From positions 15,694 through 79,693 of the forward strand of contig MFWV01000007.1 in NCBI GenBank assembly GCA_001787405.1: a stretch of 64,000 nucleotides of DNA, in the 5' to 3' direction. Positions 10,079 to 23,095 of the stretch are shown here, piece by piece (the stretch's first letter is position 1; each line of letters starts with the position of its first letter). This DNA comes from Candidatus Pacebacteria bacterium RIFOXYA1_FULL_38_18 (GTDB lineage: Bacteria > Patescibacteriota > Microgenomatia > UBA1400 > PJMF01). The position numbers and the translations under genes were made by a program. Under the pieces are notes generated by a model that worked only from the letters and a program-made list of their open reading frames with translations, did no database searches and was not told where the DNA came from.

Positions 10079-10200
10079 GAATTTATTTTCTTTTAAATCT
10101 CTCTTAAAACCTCGCGTGCAAGAATACTGGCACAGTCTTATATTGTCAACCGGAGGCTAGTCGCCTACAATCGCTCTAGAGGCTAAAGAAAGGAAATTTT

Positions 10201-10761
10201 ATGTCTGGTCATAGTAAATGGAGTACTATCAAACACAAAAAAGCGGCCACCGACGCAGTCAAAGGCAAGATTTTTGGTCAATTGTCACGCCAAATCAGGG
10301 TAGCTACCAAAGAAGGGGGATCAGGAGATCCTCAGCTCAATGCAGCTTTGCGCACTGTTTTGGAAAAAGCCAGATCAGAAAACTTGCCCAAAGACAAAAT
10401 CACCAAAGCCATCAATGCTGGTTTGGGCAAAGGCACTGGCGGGGAAATGCGGGAAATTGTTTATGAGGGGTTTGGTCAAGGCGGAATTGGTTTCTTGGCT
10501 GTGGTGGTAACTGATAATGCCAATCGCACCACTTCAGAAGTCAAAAATATTTTCAATAAATTCCAGGGCTCAGTAGGTTCTCCTGGCTCAGTGGCCTACA
10601 TGTTTGTCAGAAATCCAGAGGGTGGTTATATTTGTACTATGCCGATGACAGTGGCGGACTCAGCTCAGCAAAAAGCTTTGCAAAACTTGATGAATGAACT
10701 GAGAGAAAATGATGATGTTGAGGAAGTTTTTTGTTCAGGAGAATGGCCAGAGAAAGAGTAG
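10201..10761 (+). CDS. yebC: YebC/PmpR family protein (internally shortened)
   Basis: MSGHSKWSTIKHKK, YEGFG, TDNANRT, GSVAYMF, DDVEEVF; only 186 aa. Confidence 0.92.
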   Translation: MSGHSKWSTIKHKKAATDAVKGKIFGQLSRQIRVATKEGGSGDPQLNAALRTVLEKARSENLPKDKITKAINAGLGKGTGGEMREIVYEGFGQGGIGFLAVVVTDNANRTTSEVKNIFNKFQGSVGSPGSVAYMFVRNPEGGYICTMPMTVADSAQQKALQNLMNELRENDDVEEVFCSGEWPEKE

Positions 10762-10812
10762 GGGACTACTTGAAGAAAATCGGTTTAATTAGAATAAAAT
10801 ATTGAAAACTTT

Positions 10813-11580
10813 ATGCGCCGAAGAGAAAAATTTGTTTTTGCTGCTACTTTGCTGAGTTTGGGATTATTATTAATCCAATATTTTGGAGTGGAGTGGCGCT
10901 ATTGGGCTTTTGCTATTTTTATGATTACTACTTATTTTGTTTCAGCTTGGGCGTTGACTGATGATTTACAACCCCATGAATGGTTGACTATTTTGCCTTT
11001 CCCTGCCTTGTACGCTGGATCGGTTTCTTTATTTTACTTTTTGCTACCTAGTGCATTTTTGACTAGAGTTTTAATTTTAGCTTTATTTGGTGTTGGAATG
11101 TATGGCTTATTTCTTACCAGTAACATTTTTTCAGTTGCCAAAGGTCGTACCATTCAGTTATTGTATGCTGCCCATGCTGTAGGCTTGTTTTTCACCCTTT
11201 TTACCTCCATGCTGTTCACCAATGCTATTTTTTCCTTAAAATTGCCTTTTTACACCAATGGTGTCCTAGTTGGTCTAATTCATTTTCCTCTGATTCTAAT
11301 GAGTTTGTGGTCGATTAAACTGGAACCATTAATTAGTCGTGCAATCTGGAGTTTTTCTTTATTGCTGACCTTGTTATTGATTGAACTAGTAATTTTGTTT
11401 TCACTTTTACCTTTGCCGGCTTGGCATGTGGCCTTATTTGTAATGGGCTTTTTGTATATTGGTTTGGGCGTGTTACAGAGTCAAATTAGAGAGCGACTAT
11501 TTCAAAATACAGCCAATGAGTATTCATTGGTGGCCATTTTCTTGGGCTTAATCTTCTTGATTTTATTTCCGTGGAAATAA
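10813..11580 (+). CDS. Multi-pass membrane protein (DUF5656-like)
   Basis: About 9 hydrophobic helices, NIFSVA..RTIQLL.AA motif; family assignment from memory, unverified. Confidence 0.6.
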   Translation: MRRREKFVFAATLLSLGLLLIQYFGVEWRYWAFAIFMITTYFVSAWALTDDLQPHEWLTILPFPALYAGSVSLFYFLLPSAFLTRVLILALFGVGMYGLFLTSNIFSVAKGRTIQLLYAAHAVGLFFTLFTSMLFTNAIFSLKLPFYTNGVLVGLIHFPLILMSLWSIKLEPLISRAIWSFSLLLTLLLIELVILFSLLPLPAWHVALFVMGFLYIGLGVLQSQIRERLFQNTANEYSLVAIFLGLIFLILFPWK

Positions 11581-11651
11581 AAATACTCGTTTTCAATGAG
11601 GCTTCAAGATTTTTGGGGCCTGATCAGTGTTGCTTGAGTTTTAATCACTGT

Positions 11652-11680
11652 TTTTTTAGCCTGGTATCCAGGCTAAAAAA
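11652..11680. terminator. Perfect hairpin flanked by T/A runs (possible terminator; also part of the CCAGGCT motif cluster)
   Basis: TTTTTTAGCCTGG-TAT-CCAGGCTAAAAAA. Confidence 0.5.
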
Positions 11681-12064
11681 TAAGAGTGGAGGAGGCCAGA
11701 AGTAGCCAGATTAGGGTGATTAGGTTTGGTTTCGGAATTGGTTAGTCTTGAGTGTCCTTCAAGAGACTTGGTAGTTAAAAGAAATCAATTAAAAACATTT
11801 TTCAAGATTTAAAAATTAAATTAAGCTTAAAAATAGGGAAGTGTGAAGCGAAAAAAAGGGTGCCCATCCAGATAGGGAAGAGAATAATGATATAGTTTGA
11901 TACATTGTGGAAAACTCTAATAAATTATAGGATTTCTCGTGAAAATATTATAGGATCGTTATTCTAGCGTACCAGGCTAAATGATATAGTTTTATGCAGT
12001 TTCTTGGTTGTATATACCCAGTATTTGCAAGAATAATTTAAGGTCCATAGCCTGGAAGAGAGTT

Positions 12065-12095
12065 GGCATGTCCAGGCTTATAGCCTGGACATGCC
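12065..12095. repeat. Perfect 14-bp inverted repeat
   Basis: GGCATGTCCAGGCT-TAT-AGCCTGGACATGCC. Confidence 0.9.
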
Positions 12096-12296
12096 TGAAT
12101 ATTAGTCATCAGTCGATTGGAGAAGAAGAACACAAAAAACCCGAATGACCGTTTTTGGCCGGTTTGAAAGGATCGCTATCTGGCACGAGAGAAGTATCTT
12201 TAAAGGAAAACTAATAAAGATAAATATTTGTACAAAAAGAGAGTGGCAGGGTACTCTCACTCCCTTTTGCTTTATCCTCAATCTCTCTAACTGACT

Positions 12297-12324
12297 ATGT
12301 CGCACAATATAACTTTTACGACGT
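12297..12324. other. Candidate dif site (chromosome dimer resolution)
   Basis: 11-6-11 imperfect palindrome ATGTCGCACAA-TATAAC-TTTTACGACGT; left arm resembles the E. coli XerC arm GGTGCGCATAA; about 860 bp upstream of the xer gene where gene orientation flips. Confidence 0.65.
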
Positions 12325-13186
12325 AATGTCAGGCTAAAACTGAAAAGCGCAAATTTCACTATTTTAATATTCTTTGACTATTATCTTGATTTATCCGATC
12401 TTTACTCTGAATTGGTTTCTTATTGCTTCTCTTCTTCTTATTAATTTATTAATTAATGATGGAGCTTGGCAAATTTCTTGAGGTTTATATCTGGTTTTAC
12501 TTGATTTATCTTTGAGTGAATATTCTGACAAAATCTTTACCAATTGAGCAATTTATCAGTGGCTTATTGAGGGGTTCAAGTTTCAAAATCAGCTTTAGAA
12601 ACCCAGCCAAACCATGTGAACGTTTTTGAAACAAAAGATTGATATATCAATCTAATTTTCTTCAATGATAGATAGATCGTTTTTAATAAAAAAAGCCGTT
12701 TTTGAGCTATTAGAACGGCTCAAAAAACTTTGGTCGGTAAGGATTGAGTTGGCGATCAGATCGACAATCAGCTGAAGTCAAATTTGACAAATTTATTGTA
12801 AGTAAAATTTGGATGAGTTTCGATAAAACTTAATTAGCAAAACATTGATTGATTGTTAATTAATCGTTTTTTGAAAAACAGTTTGAATTTTTATTAAGCG
12901 AAAGATTCTTTGAATTAAATAATTTACAATCAGACTCTCGGCTTTTATTAAAAAGTCTCTTGAGAAAGCCAAAGTCCGTTTTTACTTAAAAGTTACGATC
13001 GATCAAACTTGGGAATCTCAGATGCATAAAGGAATTAAAATTGATTTATCAGGACTTTTAAGCGATTTTGGCTTTTAGCAGTAATTTAACTGCTCTGACA
13101 ATGACTTATAGTATCTCAACTAATTTTCAAGCAATTTTTCTCGACTTTGACTATACTCAGTTTTTCTTTTACGATGAGAGGAGCCT

Positions 13187-14125
13187 ATGGCAATTACTAC
13201 TTCTCCATCCCCTGCTTTGATCGAATTCCTCGAGTCACTCGAAGTAGAGCGCAATCTCTCCCCTCTTACTTTGCGCAACTATCATCATTATTTACGTCGT
13301 TTTATTGATTGGTTTACCAATCAGGGCCATCATGACCTCAAGGAGCTCGACAGAGATATCTTGAGGAAATATCGAGTTTTTCTCTCTAGATATTCAGATG
13401 AACAAGGCAGAACTTTATCCAAAAAAACCCAGAGTTATCATATTATTTCTCTGCGCTCTTGGTTTAAGTGGTTGACCAAGAATGATGCTGAAGTCTTAAA
13501 CTCCGAAAAAATAGAGTTGCCCAAGGCAGAATCAACACCGATGAAGTTTGTTTCTGCCGAGAAGATTCAGCGCCTACTCAATGAACCTGATCTGAGCAAA
13601 CCCAAGGGCTTGCGAGATCGGGCTATTTTGGAAGTGCTTTTTTCGACCGGCTTGCGGGTTAGTGAATTAGTTGGCCTCAATCAAGATCAAATCGACCTTA
13701 ATCGACGAGAATTTGGAGTGATTGGTAAAGGTCGCCGGCCCAGAGTGGTATTTTTGAGCGATGAAGCGGCCGATTGGCTGACTCGCTGGCTCAACACGCG
13801 TCAAGATAATTGGCGGCCAGTCTTCACTCGCTTTTCTGGGAAGAAACCAGACCTTTTGGCTGATGGTGAGGAGATGCGTTTGACGACTAGAAGCGTGCAG
13901 AGATTGGTAGATAGATATAGTCGGAGAGCTCGCCTGCCCATCAAGCTATCACCTCACGGCATTCGTCATAGTTTTGCTACGGATTTACTGAGTAATGGTG
14001 CTGGCTTGAGAGATGTTCAAGAAATGTTGGGTCATAAAAACATTGCCACTACTCAGATTTACACCCACGTTACTCAGCCCCAACTGCGCAAAGTTCATGA
14101 GAAGCATCACTCAAAGACACATTAG
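13187..14125 (+). CDS. xerC: Xer-family site-specific tyrosine recombinase
   Basis: N-terminal SAM-like domain (FLESLEVERNLSPLTLRNY); catalytic R (TGLRVSE), K (GKG), HxxR (HGIRH), LGH, TQIY; XerC versus XerD cannot be resolved. Confidence 0.88.
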   Translation: MAITTSPSPALIEFLESLEVERNLSPLTLRNYHHYLRRFIDWFTNQGHHDLKELDRDILRKYRVFLSRYSDEQGRTLSKKTQSYHIISLRSWFKWLTKNDAEVLNSEKIELPKAESTPMKFVSAEKIQRLLNEPDLSKPKGLRDRAILEVLFSTGLRVSELVGLNQDQIDLNRREFGVIGKGRRPRVVFLSDEAADWLTRWLNTRQDNWRPVFTRFSGKKPDLLADGEEMRLTTRSVQRLVDRYSRRARLPIKLSPHGIRHSFATDLLSNGAGLRDVQEMLGHKNIATTQIYTHVTQPQLRKVHEKHHSKTH

Positions 14126-14546
14126 TTACTATTGGTTTATATTTAAAGATATAAAAATAGTGAAAGATAACTTATAATAGCTTTCTATTTTGATAAAGTG
14201 AGATTGATTAACTTATTTTTCTTCTTAAATACATCAGAAAGTATCAAAATTGGAGTAAGATCCCTGTTTAACTGACAAATTACTTACAGGATCTTAGCAG
14301 TATCTATCAATCTCTGCTAAAAACTAATTTTGAGTTTAAAGATTGTTGTATCAATCTAAATTTATACTATTTTTATAAAGCTCTTTGTCAAAAACTTTAT
14401 AATTTTCTTATTTTTCCGGTTGTTAACAATATATTAGAACAGATCAAAGCCAATCAATTTTGATTGAATAAAGTTTGCAAAATTTGCTTGGAGACGATGA
14501 TATTTGCTAACCAAAATGATACAATCGGCAACGTTAAACTCAAAAT

Positions 14547-14623
14547 GGGCCTGTGGCGCAGTTGGCTAGCGCGTCTGTATGGCATACAGAAGGTCAGGGG
14601 TTCGAGCCCCCTCAGGTCCACCA
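14547..14623 (+). tRNA. tRNA-Ala(GGC)
   Basis: Cloverleaf GGGCCTG...CAGGTCC-A-CCA with G3:U70 Ala determinant; anticodon arm TCTGT-ATGGCAT-ACAGA; TTCGAG T-loop. Confidence 0.97.
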
Positions 14624-14694
14624 TTGGATGATCTTGATTGGATTATTAATTTTTCTTGATTAAATTATTGATTGGTTTTAGATTGGGAAAAACC

Positions 14695-17490
14695 TTATTT
14701 TTCTTCACCTTCTCCCAGTTCGGAAGTTAGAGCGACGGCTACGACCGGATTATCATCTTTGAGTTTCATTAGGATTACTCCCTGGGTTGGTCTAGTCAGA
14801 ACAGGAATGGATTTCTTGCTAATTGGCAGTTTAATGGTTTGACCATCTTGAGTGCTGATGACCAATTCACGATGTTGATCAGTCAAGACTCGTGCAGAAG
14901 CAACTTTGCCGGTTTTTTTGGTAATTTCCGAGACTTTTACACCTAGTCCAGAGCGTTTTTGCACTGGGTAGTGTTTGAGTTGAGTACGTTTACCCAAGCC
15001 GTTTTCCGTGACGATGAGTAATGAAGTTTTTTCCAAATGATCTTTGTTATCTGGAAAAGCCTCTACTCCCACTACAAAATCACCTTTTTTGAGAGTAATG
15101 CCTTTAACACCCTTGGTATCTCTTTGAGAAGACTTTACTTCTTCTTCGCTAAAGCGAATTGATTTTCCGTCATGAGTAATGAGCATTAAGTGATCTTTGC
15201 CTGAAGTAACTCGACCCCAAACCAATTCATCGCCGTTATTGAGAGTGATGGCTACGATACCATTTTGACGAATGTTGTCGTAAAGCTTGACAGCGGTTTT
15301 TTTGACCAATCCTTCACGAGTGGCCAAAGTAATGAAATGCTCGGCGTCCTTTTCTGGATTAACAACCAGTACGGAGCGGATGCTTTCTTCTGGTTGGAGA
15401 TTCAATAAATTGACAATGGCTGTACCCTTTGCCTGTCTGGAGGCTTCTGGGATTTCATAAGTTCTGGTGCGGAAGACTCTGCCTTGATTGGTAAATAACA
15501 AGAGTGTGTCATGAGTATTACAACTGATGATGGCTTGCAAGACATCTTCTTCTTTCATTTTAAGTCCGGCACTCCCCTTTCCTCCTCTGGATTGGGAACG
15601 TAGCGCACTCGGGTTCATTCGTTTAATGTAGCCACTTTCAGTTAGAGTAATGACCGCTCCTTCATTGGCTACCAAATCTTCTTCGCTAAATTCACCGATT
15701 TTTCCTCTGACTAGTTTAGTCAAACGTTCATCACCATAGGTTTTGATGGTTTCTTGAGTTTCATCAATAATGACATTGAGAATATCTTGAGGAGAAGTTA
15801 GCAGAATGAGTAATTGATCCATCCGTTCTTTGATGGTTTTATATTCATCTTCAATTTTCTGTCGCTCCAGAGCAGCTAAGCGTTTTAGTTGCATTTCCAA
15901 AATAGCCGTTGCTTGTAGCTCGCTTAGTGCAAATTTCTTCATCAATGCTTCGCGAGCGGTGTCGGTGTCTTTGGATTTTTTGATGGTTTCGATTACATCA
16001 TCCAAGTTTTTTAAGGCAATCAATAGGCCTTCTAAAATATGAGCGCGACTTCTGGCTTCTGACAATTCAAATTGACTGCGTCTGACGATGACTAATTGAC
16101 GGTGGATGATATATTCGCGCAAAACTTGGCGCAAATTCATCAACTGTGGTGTGCCGTCGGAATTAAGAGCCACCATGTTCATTGAGAAAGTGCTTTGTAG
16201 CTCGGAATATTTAAAAAGTTTATTAAGAACTACTTTGGGTCGAGAAGCACGATTGAGTTCAATAACCATGCGCATACCGGTTCGATCCGATTCATCGCGC
16301 AAATTTCTAATACCTTCTATTTTTTTGTTTTTGACCAGATCAGCAATTTTCATCAAAAGCCGAGCTTTGTTAACTTGATATGGTAGTTCGGTCACTACGA
16401 TCTTGAAGTTATTTTTGCTATCTTCTTCAATATTGGCTTTGGCTCGGACCACGATTCTGCCTTTGCCAGTGCGATAGGCTTCCTGAATTTCTTTGAAGTT
16501 ATACATGATGCCCGCTGTGGGAAAGTCTGGTCCTTGAATGTGAGTCATCAGGGTTTCAAACTCTATCTCACTATTAAATTCTCCAGCCAAACTAATCGGT
16601 TCGACTGCTAGCACGGTATCAATGGCTTTGTTGTTTGCCAGTTCTGGTCCGGTAGTAGCGGATTTATTAGTTTTTTTCAAAGCCTCGGTTGGCAGAATAG
16701 GTTCTTCCACTTTTGCTTTGCCCTCTTGGATCATGGCTATAATGGCATTGCTGATTTCGATTAAGTTGTGCGGTGGGATCTTGGTTGCCATACCCACAGC
16801 AATACCCTCTGAACCCATTAGTAATAAATTGGGCAAACGAGTGGGAAGAACGGATGGTTCTTGGAGTGAGCCATCAAAATTATCGACAAACGGGACGGTA
16901 TTTTTATTGATATCAGCTAATAATTCTGTAGAGATTTTGGCTAGTCTAGCCTCGGTGTAACGCATAGCAGCGGGACTATCTCCGTCTACAGAACCAAAGT
17001 TTCCTTGTCCATCAACCAAAGGATAGCGCATGCTAAATTCTTGAGCCAAACGAACCATGGCCATATATACGGATGAATCGCCGTGGGGGTGATATTTACC
17101 CAAGACGTCTCCCACGATTCTGGCAGACTTTTTATAGGCGCTGCCAGGCGTGATGCCACTCTTGAACATGGAGTATAAAATGCGTCGGTGGACCGGCTTC
17201 ATGCCGTCTCTGACATCTGGCAGCGCCCGAGAAACAATCACACTCATGGCGTAATCCAGATATGATTTCTCCATTTCGGTCACGATCGAAGTATGCTTTA
17301 CGTTGCCATAACGAGTTTTTTCGATCGAACCCATCAAATGACCATTGGTTGGAGCAGTCTCTTCGTTTTCACTCTCCGTTTGCTCAATCAACTCGGCCTG
17401 CTCATCAGATGAATCGAGCTCTTGACTTATGGAGTCAACCGAATCTGAGTCTTGTTCTGCTGGAATTAATTTATCTTTTTCATCTGCCAT
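14695..17490 (-). CDS. gyrA: DNA gyrase subunit A
   Basis: [27 protein letters not shown] (catalytic Tyr), GyrA-box QSRGGKG, beta-pinwheel CTD. Confidence 0.97.
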   Translation of the reverse strand: MADEKDKLIPAEQDSDSVDSISQELDSSDEQAELIEQTESENEETAPTNGHLMGSIEKTRYGNVKHTSIVTEMEKSYLDYAMSVIVSRALPDVRDGMKPVHRRILYSMFKSGITPGSAYKKSARIVGDVLGKYHPHGDSSVYMAMVRLAQEFSMRYPLVDGQGNFGSVDGDSPAAMRYTEARLAKISTELLADINKNTVPFVDNFDGSLQEPSVLPTRLPNLLLMGSEGIAVGMATKIPPHNLIEISNAIIAMIQEGKAKVEEPILPTEALKKTNKSATTGPELANNKAIDTVLAVEPISLAGEFNSEIEFETLMTHIQGPDFPTAGIMYNFKEIQEAYRTGKGRIVVRAKANIEEDSKNNFKIVVTELPYQVNKARLLMKIADLVKNKKIEGIRNLRDESDRTGMRMVIELNRASRPKVVLNKLFKYSELQSTFSMNMVALNSDGTPQLMNLRQVLREYIIHRQLVIVRRSQFELSEARSRAHILEGLLIALKNLDDVIETIKKSKDTDTAREALMKKFALSELQATAILEMQLKRLAALERQKIEDEYKTIKERMDQLLILLTSPQDILNVIIDETQETIKTYGDERLTKLVRGKIGEFSEEDLVANEGAVITLTESGYIKRMNPSALRSQSRGGKGSAGLKMKEEDVLQAIISCNTHDTLLLFTNQGRVFRTRTYEIPEASRQAKGTAIVNLLNLQPEESIRSVLVVNPEKDAEHFITLATREGLVKKTAVKLYDNIRQNGIVAITLNNGDELVWGRVTSGKDHLMLITHDGKSIRFSEEEVKSSQRDTKGVKGITLKKGDFVVGVEAFPDNKDHLEKTSLLIVTENGLGKRTQLKHYPVQKRSGLGVKVSEITKKTGKVASARVLTDQHRELVISTQDGQTIKLPISKKSIPVLTRPTQGVILMKLKDDNPVVAVALTSELGEGEEK

Positions 17491-17492
17491 AA

Positions 17493-18434
17493 TTATGCTA
17501 AAGCCTTTTCAATTGCTGGGGCAATTTCCTTTTTACGCGATAATTTGGAACCGATATCTAGAGTGTGATCTTTTACCTGACCACCAAATGCTTTTTCTGC
17601 TACCCGCGCTTCTTCTTCACCCAGAATTAATAAAATAGTGTTTACTTTGAGAATATCAGTGATGGCTACAAACAATAACTCTACGCCCTCGGCTTCTTTA
17701 GTTTTCTGCATGGCTTTGAGTAATGAATCTTTTTTGTTGTTCAAGATTGAATCTTGTTCGACTGTTTCCAACTGATCAATAAAGGTTTTTTTATTAAACT
17801 CAAAGATTTTAAAGTCATTGCGCACGATTTGTTCATCGGTTAGTGAAGAAATATCTGATTTTGCTTTGAAAATTTCCAAAGTAAAGGCCTCTACATCTTT
17901 GATGCCAGCCAGGTTTGCCAACTCAGCTCCAAACTTGCGATCTTTATCGGTGGTGGTTGGTGACTTGTAGCCCACGGTATCAGAAAGAATGGCGGCCAGC
18001 ATCAAACCAGCCAGTTTAGCTTCGGGCATAATGCCTTGTTGTTTCATGAAGTAGTAAATAATGGTACTGGTCGAACCCCAGACTTTAAAATTGAGAAAAA
18101 TGGGTTGACCAAGATTGAGCTGTGGTTTGTGATGATCAATGATTTCGACGATTTGTTCTGGATTTAAACCACCCAAACGTTGATAATTTTCATTATGATC
18201 CACCAAAACCACTTGGTCTTCTGGTTTGATTTGATCAGCCGTGATTTGTGGTGGTATTTCAAGCTCAAATTTTTCAAATAAAAACTTTGTTTCTGGATTG
18301 AGAGGATCAGCAATCACTGCCAAAGCATTGGGACGAAGAAAAGTTTCATCTTTCTGAAAAAGATGAGCCGTAGCCATAGCAGCAACTACGGAATCTGTAT
18401 CTGGCTTGGTGTGACCGATGATATATGTTTTCAT
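17493..18434 (-). CDS. ppaC: Manganese-dependent inorganic pyrophosphatase (family II, DHH/DHHA2)
   Basis: [29 protein letters not shown]. Confidence 0.95.
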   Translation of the reverse strand: MKTYIIGHTKPDTDSVVAAMATAHLFQKDETFLRPNALAVIADPLNPETKFLFEKFELEIPPQITADQIKPEDQVVLVDHNENYQRLGGLNPEQIVEIIDHHKPQLNLGQPIFLNFKVWGSTSTIIYYFMKQQGIMPEAKLAGLMLAAILSDTVGYKSPTTTDKDRKFGAELANLAGIKDVEAFTLEIFKAKSDISSLTDEQIVRNDFKIFEFNKKTFIDQLETVEQDSILNNKKDSLLKAMQKTKEAEGVELLFVAITDILKVNTILLILGEEEARVAEKAFGGQVKDHTLDIGSKLSRKKEIAPAIEKALA

Positions 18435-18461
18435 ATTGGTTGATTAATAATTAATAATAGT

Positions 18462-20501
<2,040 letters not shown>

Positions 20502-20545
20502 TTATTTGTATCATATTCTAGGCAGAATTTGAAGAGAGTGATAGC

Positions 20546-21295
20546 CTAAGTTGTAGTTAATTGTTTTATAGTAAAAAAAGCGTGCTCTAGAACTAGTTTC
20601 ACATTACCATTTTTTTCCAATGAATCAAGAGCAGACAGTAATTGTTGAGTGATTTTGGGTTGCAAATTCAAAGAATTATGAAGAGATATTTCATTCAAAA
20701 GGGAGTGTAATGTTTGTTTAGCAGTATCTAGTTCCTGCAATTGTTCTGCCAAGGCAATTAAAGCACTATATTGAAAACTGTCAGGGTTGCTCAAAAACTC
20801 TTGCACTTGTTGAAGTTTTTGAAGTAGCTCTGTTTCTGTTTGTTGGGTTGCATCAATCTGATCCGCATCTTCAGCCGAAATTCCGGTGAGAGCAGTCGAA
20901 TCAGCTTCGGCCGACCAAATAATTTCTCTACAACGAGAAGATAGAGTGGGTAGTAATTGATGACCTGGATTGGTAACCAAAATAATTTGTGTATGAGCTG
21001 GCGGTTCTTCCACGATTTTTAAGAGAGCATTTTGCGCCGGTAGGCTGGCATTTTGCACAGCGCAAACGACGATCACTTGTGGTTCGGTTTTGGCTCTGGC
21101 AAAGCTAGCGTGTTGCAGTAGTTCCCTGACAGTGTCTATTTTCAGAGTTTCTTCTTGTTCATTAAAAAAAATTGGTTGAGTTTTTTGATGTTGATCATTT
21201 AAAAAAGCTAGCGCTGCAACACGATGATTGTTCTTCTCTGGTATGATCAACAAAATTGATATAGAAGAATCTGGTACTAAATCTTTCTTTTGCAT
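20546..21295 (-). CDS. holB: DNA polymerase III delta-prime-like clamp-loader subunit (truncated type)
   Basis: KIDTVREL, AQNALLKIVEEPP, LLPTLSSRC. Confidence 0.8.
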   Translation of the reverse strand: MQKKDLVPDSSISILLIIPEKNNHRVAALAFLNDQHQKTQPIFFNEQEETLKIDTVRELLQHASFARAKTEPQVIVVCAVQNASLPAQNALLKIVEEPPAHTQIILVTNPGHQLLPTLSSRCREIIWSAEADSTALTGISAEDADQIDATQQTETELLQKLQQVQEFLSNPDSFQYSALIALAEQLQELDTAKQTLHSLLNEISLHNSLNLQPKITQQLLSALDSLEKNGNVKLVLEHAFFTIKQLTTT

Positions 21296-21325
21296 AATGT
21301 TTCTGTCATTATATGACATAGAGTT

Positions 21326-23095
21326 ATGAATGAACCTGCCCAGAATTCACCAGGTAGTATTGCTGTTACACCACAGAGCTTTGTGGATGTTTTGGTAAGT
21401 GAAGGCAAATTAACTACTGAGCAAGCTGTCCAGCTTCGCAACGACCAGTTCCAATCCGGTAGATCGTATGAAGAACTAATGCTTGAAAAGCAATTGGCTA
21501 CGGAACTGGATATTACTAAGGCCAAAGCTTCATTTAATAAAATTCCCTTTATCAATATCAGTGAAACGAGTGTTTCTCCAGAAGCAATGATTCTGATAGA
21601 CGAGAGTGTAGCCAAAAGATATAAAGCTCTGCCTTTTGCCTACGACAAGGCCAATCGAATTTTAAAAATAGCCATGGTAGATCCTCTGGATTTATCAGCT
21701 ACCAATTTTTTAAAACAAAAAACTGGTCTAAATTTGGAACTTCATTATGCTGTGCCCTCAGAATTAAAAAGAGCTTTGAATGAACGCTATTCTCAAGATA
21801 TTTCTTCAGAAGTGACTGAAGCTTTGGAACAATCCGATCGTTCTTTGGGAGTGGCTGTCCAACAGCAGGCGCTCACTTCTCGCGCTGAGGTCGTCAGAGA
21901 TGCTCCCGTTAATAGGATCGTGGAAACTGTTTTGGATTTTGCTATTAAAGCCAGAGCTTCTGATGTGCATATTGAACCTCAGGCAGGCAGGACTAGAGTG
22001 CGTTACCGAATCGACGGTATTTTGATGGAAAAATTGATCTTACCCAGCACAGTGCATGATGCGGTAGTTTCCAGAATCAAGATTTTGGCCAAATTAAAAA
22101 TTGATGAACGACGAGTACCACAAGATGGTCGTTTTAATTATGTAGCCGAGACAAAAGACATTGATCTGCGTATTTCTACCATGCCCACTATTTATGGTGA
22201 AAAGGTAGTGATGCGGTTGTTGGAAAAAAATACTACGGTCCCCACTCTAGAAGAACTGGGTCTCACTGGTCTGGCTCTCAGAAATGTTCAAGAGAGCATA
22301 AAAGTACCTCGCGGTATTGTTTTAATAACAGGTCCCACTGGTTCTGGTAAAACCACGACACTTTACTCTATCTTGCATGAAATTAATTCTCCCAAAGTCA
22401 ATATTATGACGATCGAGGATCCAGTGGAGTATCAAATTACGGGAGTAAGTCAGGTTCAAGTCAATGCTCAAGCGGGACTTACTTTTGCGACCGGAATGAG
22501 ATCATTTTTACGGCAAGATCCAAACATCATCATGGTTGGAGAGGTGCGGGATACGGAAACGGCTGAGTTGGCTATTCAAGCTTCGCTGACTGGTCACTTA
22601 GTATTTTCTACACTGCACACTTCTTCAGCAGCTGGAGCGATACCTCGTTTACTAGATATGGGAGCAGAAGCTTTCCTACTCTCTTCTACGATTACTTTAA
22701 TTATGGCGCAACGGGTAGTGCGACGTATTAATCCTAAATATATAGAAGAATACACGCCTGACCCAGCATTGGCGGAAGATGTCAAACAAGTGTTGGGCAA
22801 TTGGTACACTCAGTGGTGCCAACAAAATAAAAAAGATCCCAATAAACTGACTTTATACAGACCGATTGAGAGTCGGCCAGCTGGCGAACTAGATTATTTG
22901 GGTAGAATCGGTATTTTTGAAGTTTTACCAGTTACTGAGCAAATTAGTCATCTAATTGCTACCAGCGCCAATGATGCAGAGATAGAAAAAATAGCTCTTC
23001 AAAACGGTATGCTCTTGATGAAACAAGATGGTTATTTGAAAGCCTTGTCTGGGATGACTACCATAGAAGAAGTTTTGAGAGTGGCAGAGGTATAA
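21326..23095 (+). CDS. pilB: Type IV pilus assembly ATPase PilB/GspE
   Basis: ASDVHIEP, PQDGR, Walker A GPTGSGKT, EDPVEY, LRQDPNIIMVGEVRD, TGHLVFSTLH. Confidence 0.95.
   Translation: MNEPAQNSPGSIAVTPQSFVDVLVSEGKLTTEQAVQLRNDQFQSGRSYEELMLEKQLATELDITKAKASFNKIPFINISETSVSPEAMILIDESVAKRYKALPFAYDKANRILKIAMVDPLDLSATNFLKQKTGLNLELHYAVPSELKRALNERYSQDISSEVTEALEQSDRSLGVAVQQQALTSRAEVVRDAPVNRIVETVLDFAIKARASDVHIEPQAGRTRVRYRIDGILMEKLILPSTVHDAVVSRIKILAKLKIDERRVPQDGRFNYVAETKDIDLRISTMPTIYGEKVVMRLLEKNTTVPTLEELGLTGLALRNVQESIKVPRGIVLITGPTGSGKTTTLYSILHEINSPKVNIMTIEDPVEYQITGVSQVQVNAQAGLTFATGMRSFLRQDPNIIMVGEVRDTETAELAIQASLTGHLVFSTLHTSSAAGAIPRLLDMGAEAFLLSSTITLIMAQRVVRRINPKYIEEYTPDPALAEDVKQVLGNWYTQWCQQNKKDPNKLTLYRPIESRPAGELDYLGRIGIFEVLPVTEQISHLIATSANDAEIEKIALQNGMLLMKQDGYLKALSGMTTIEEVLRVAEV

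Noticed and set aside
11652-12340. CRISPR array from the recurring palindromes
   Set aside because: Repeats are 7-14 bp, irregularly spaced and inverted; no constant repeat-spacer period and no cas genes
12102-12359. 85-aa minus-strand ORF in the track
   Set aside because: No SD or motif, low-complexity composition, overlaps the dif-like site; likely spurious
11600-13100. tmRNA, RNase P or SRP RNA in the gene-free region
   Set aside because: No tRNA-like ends, no GAGGAAAGUC-type RNase P motif and no SRP domain IV motif recognised by eye
11581-13186. oriC in the long intergenic region (DnaA-box-like TGTGGAAAA at 11906 and TTATCCTCA at 12272)
   Set aside because: Only isolated one-mismatch boxes, no dnaA/dnaN nearby, and genes converge on rather than diverge from this region
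14256-14296. Imperfect inverted repeat TAAGATCCCTG...CAGGATCTTA downstream of xer
   Set aside because: Long loop, no U-tract and no second copy; cannot assign a function
13187-14623. Integrase next to a tRNA as a genomic island or prophage boundary
   Set aside because: Protein is Xer-like with no arm-binding domain, no duplicated tRNA 3' end was found, and flanking genes are housekeeping
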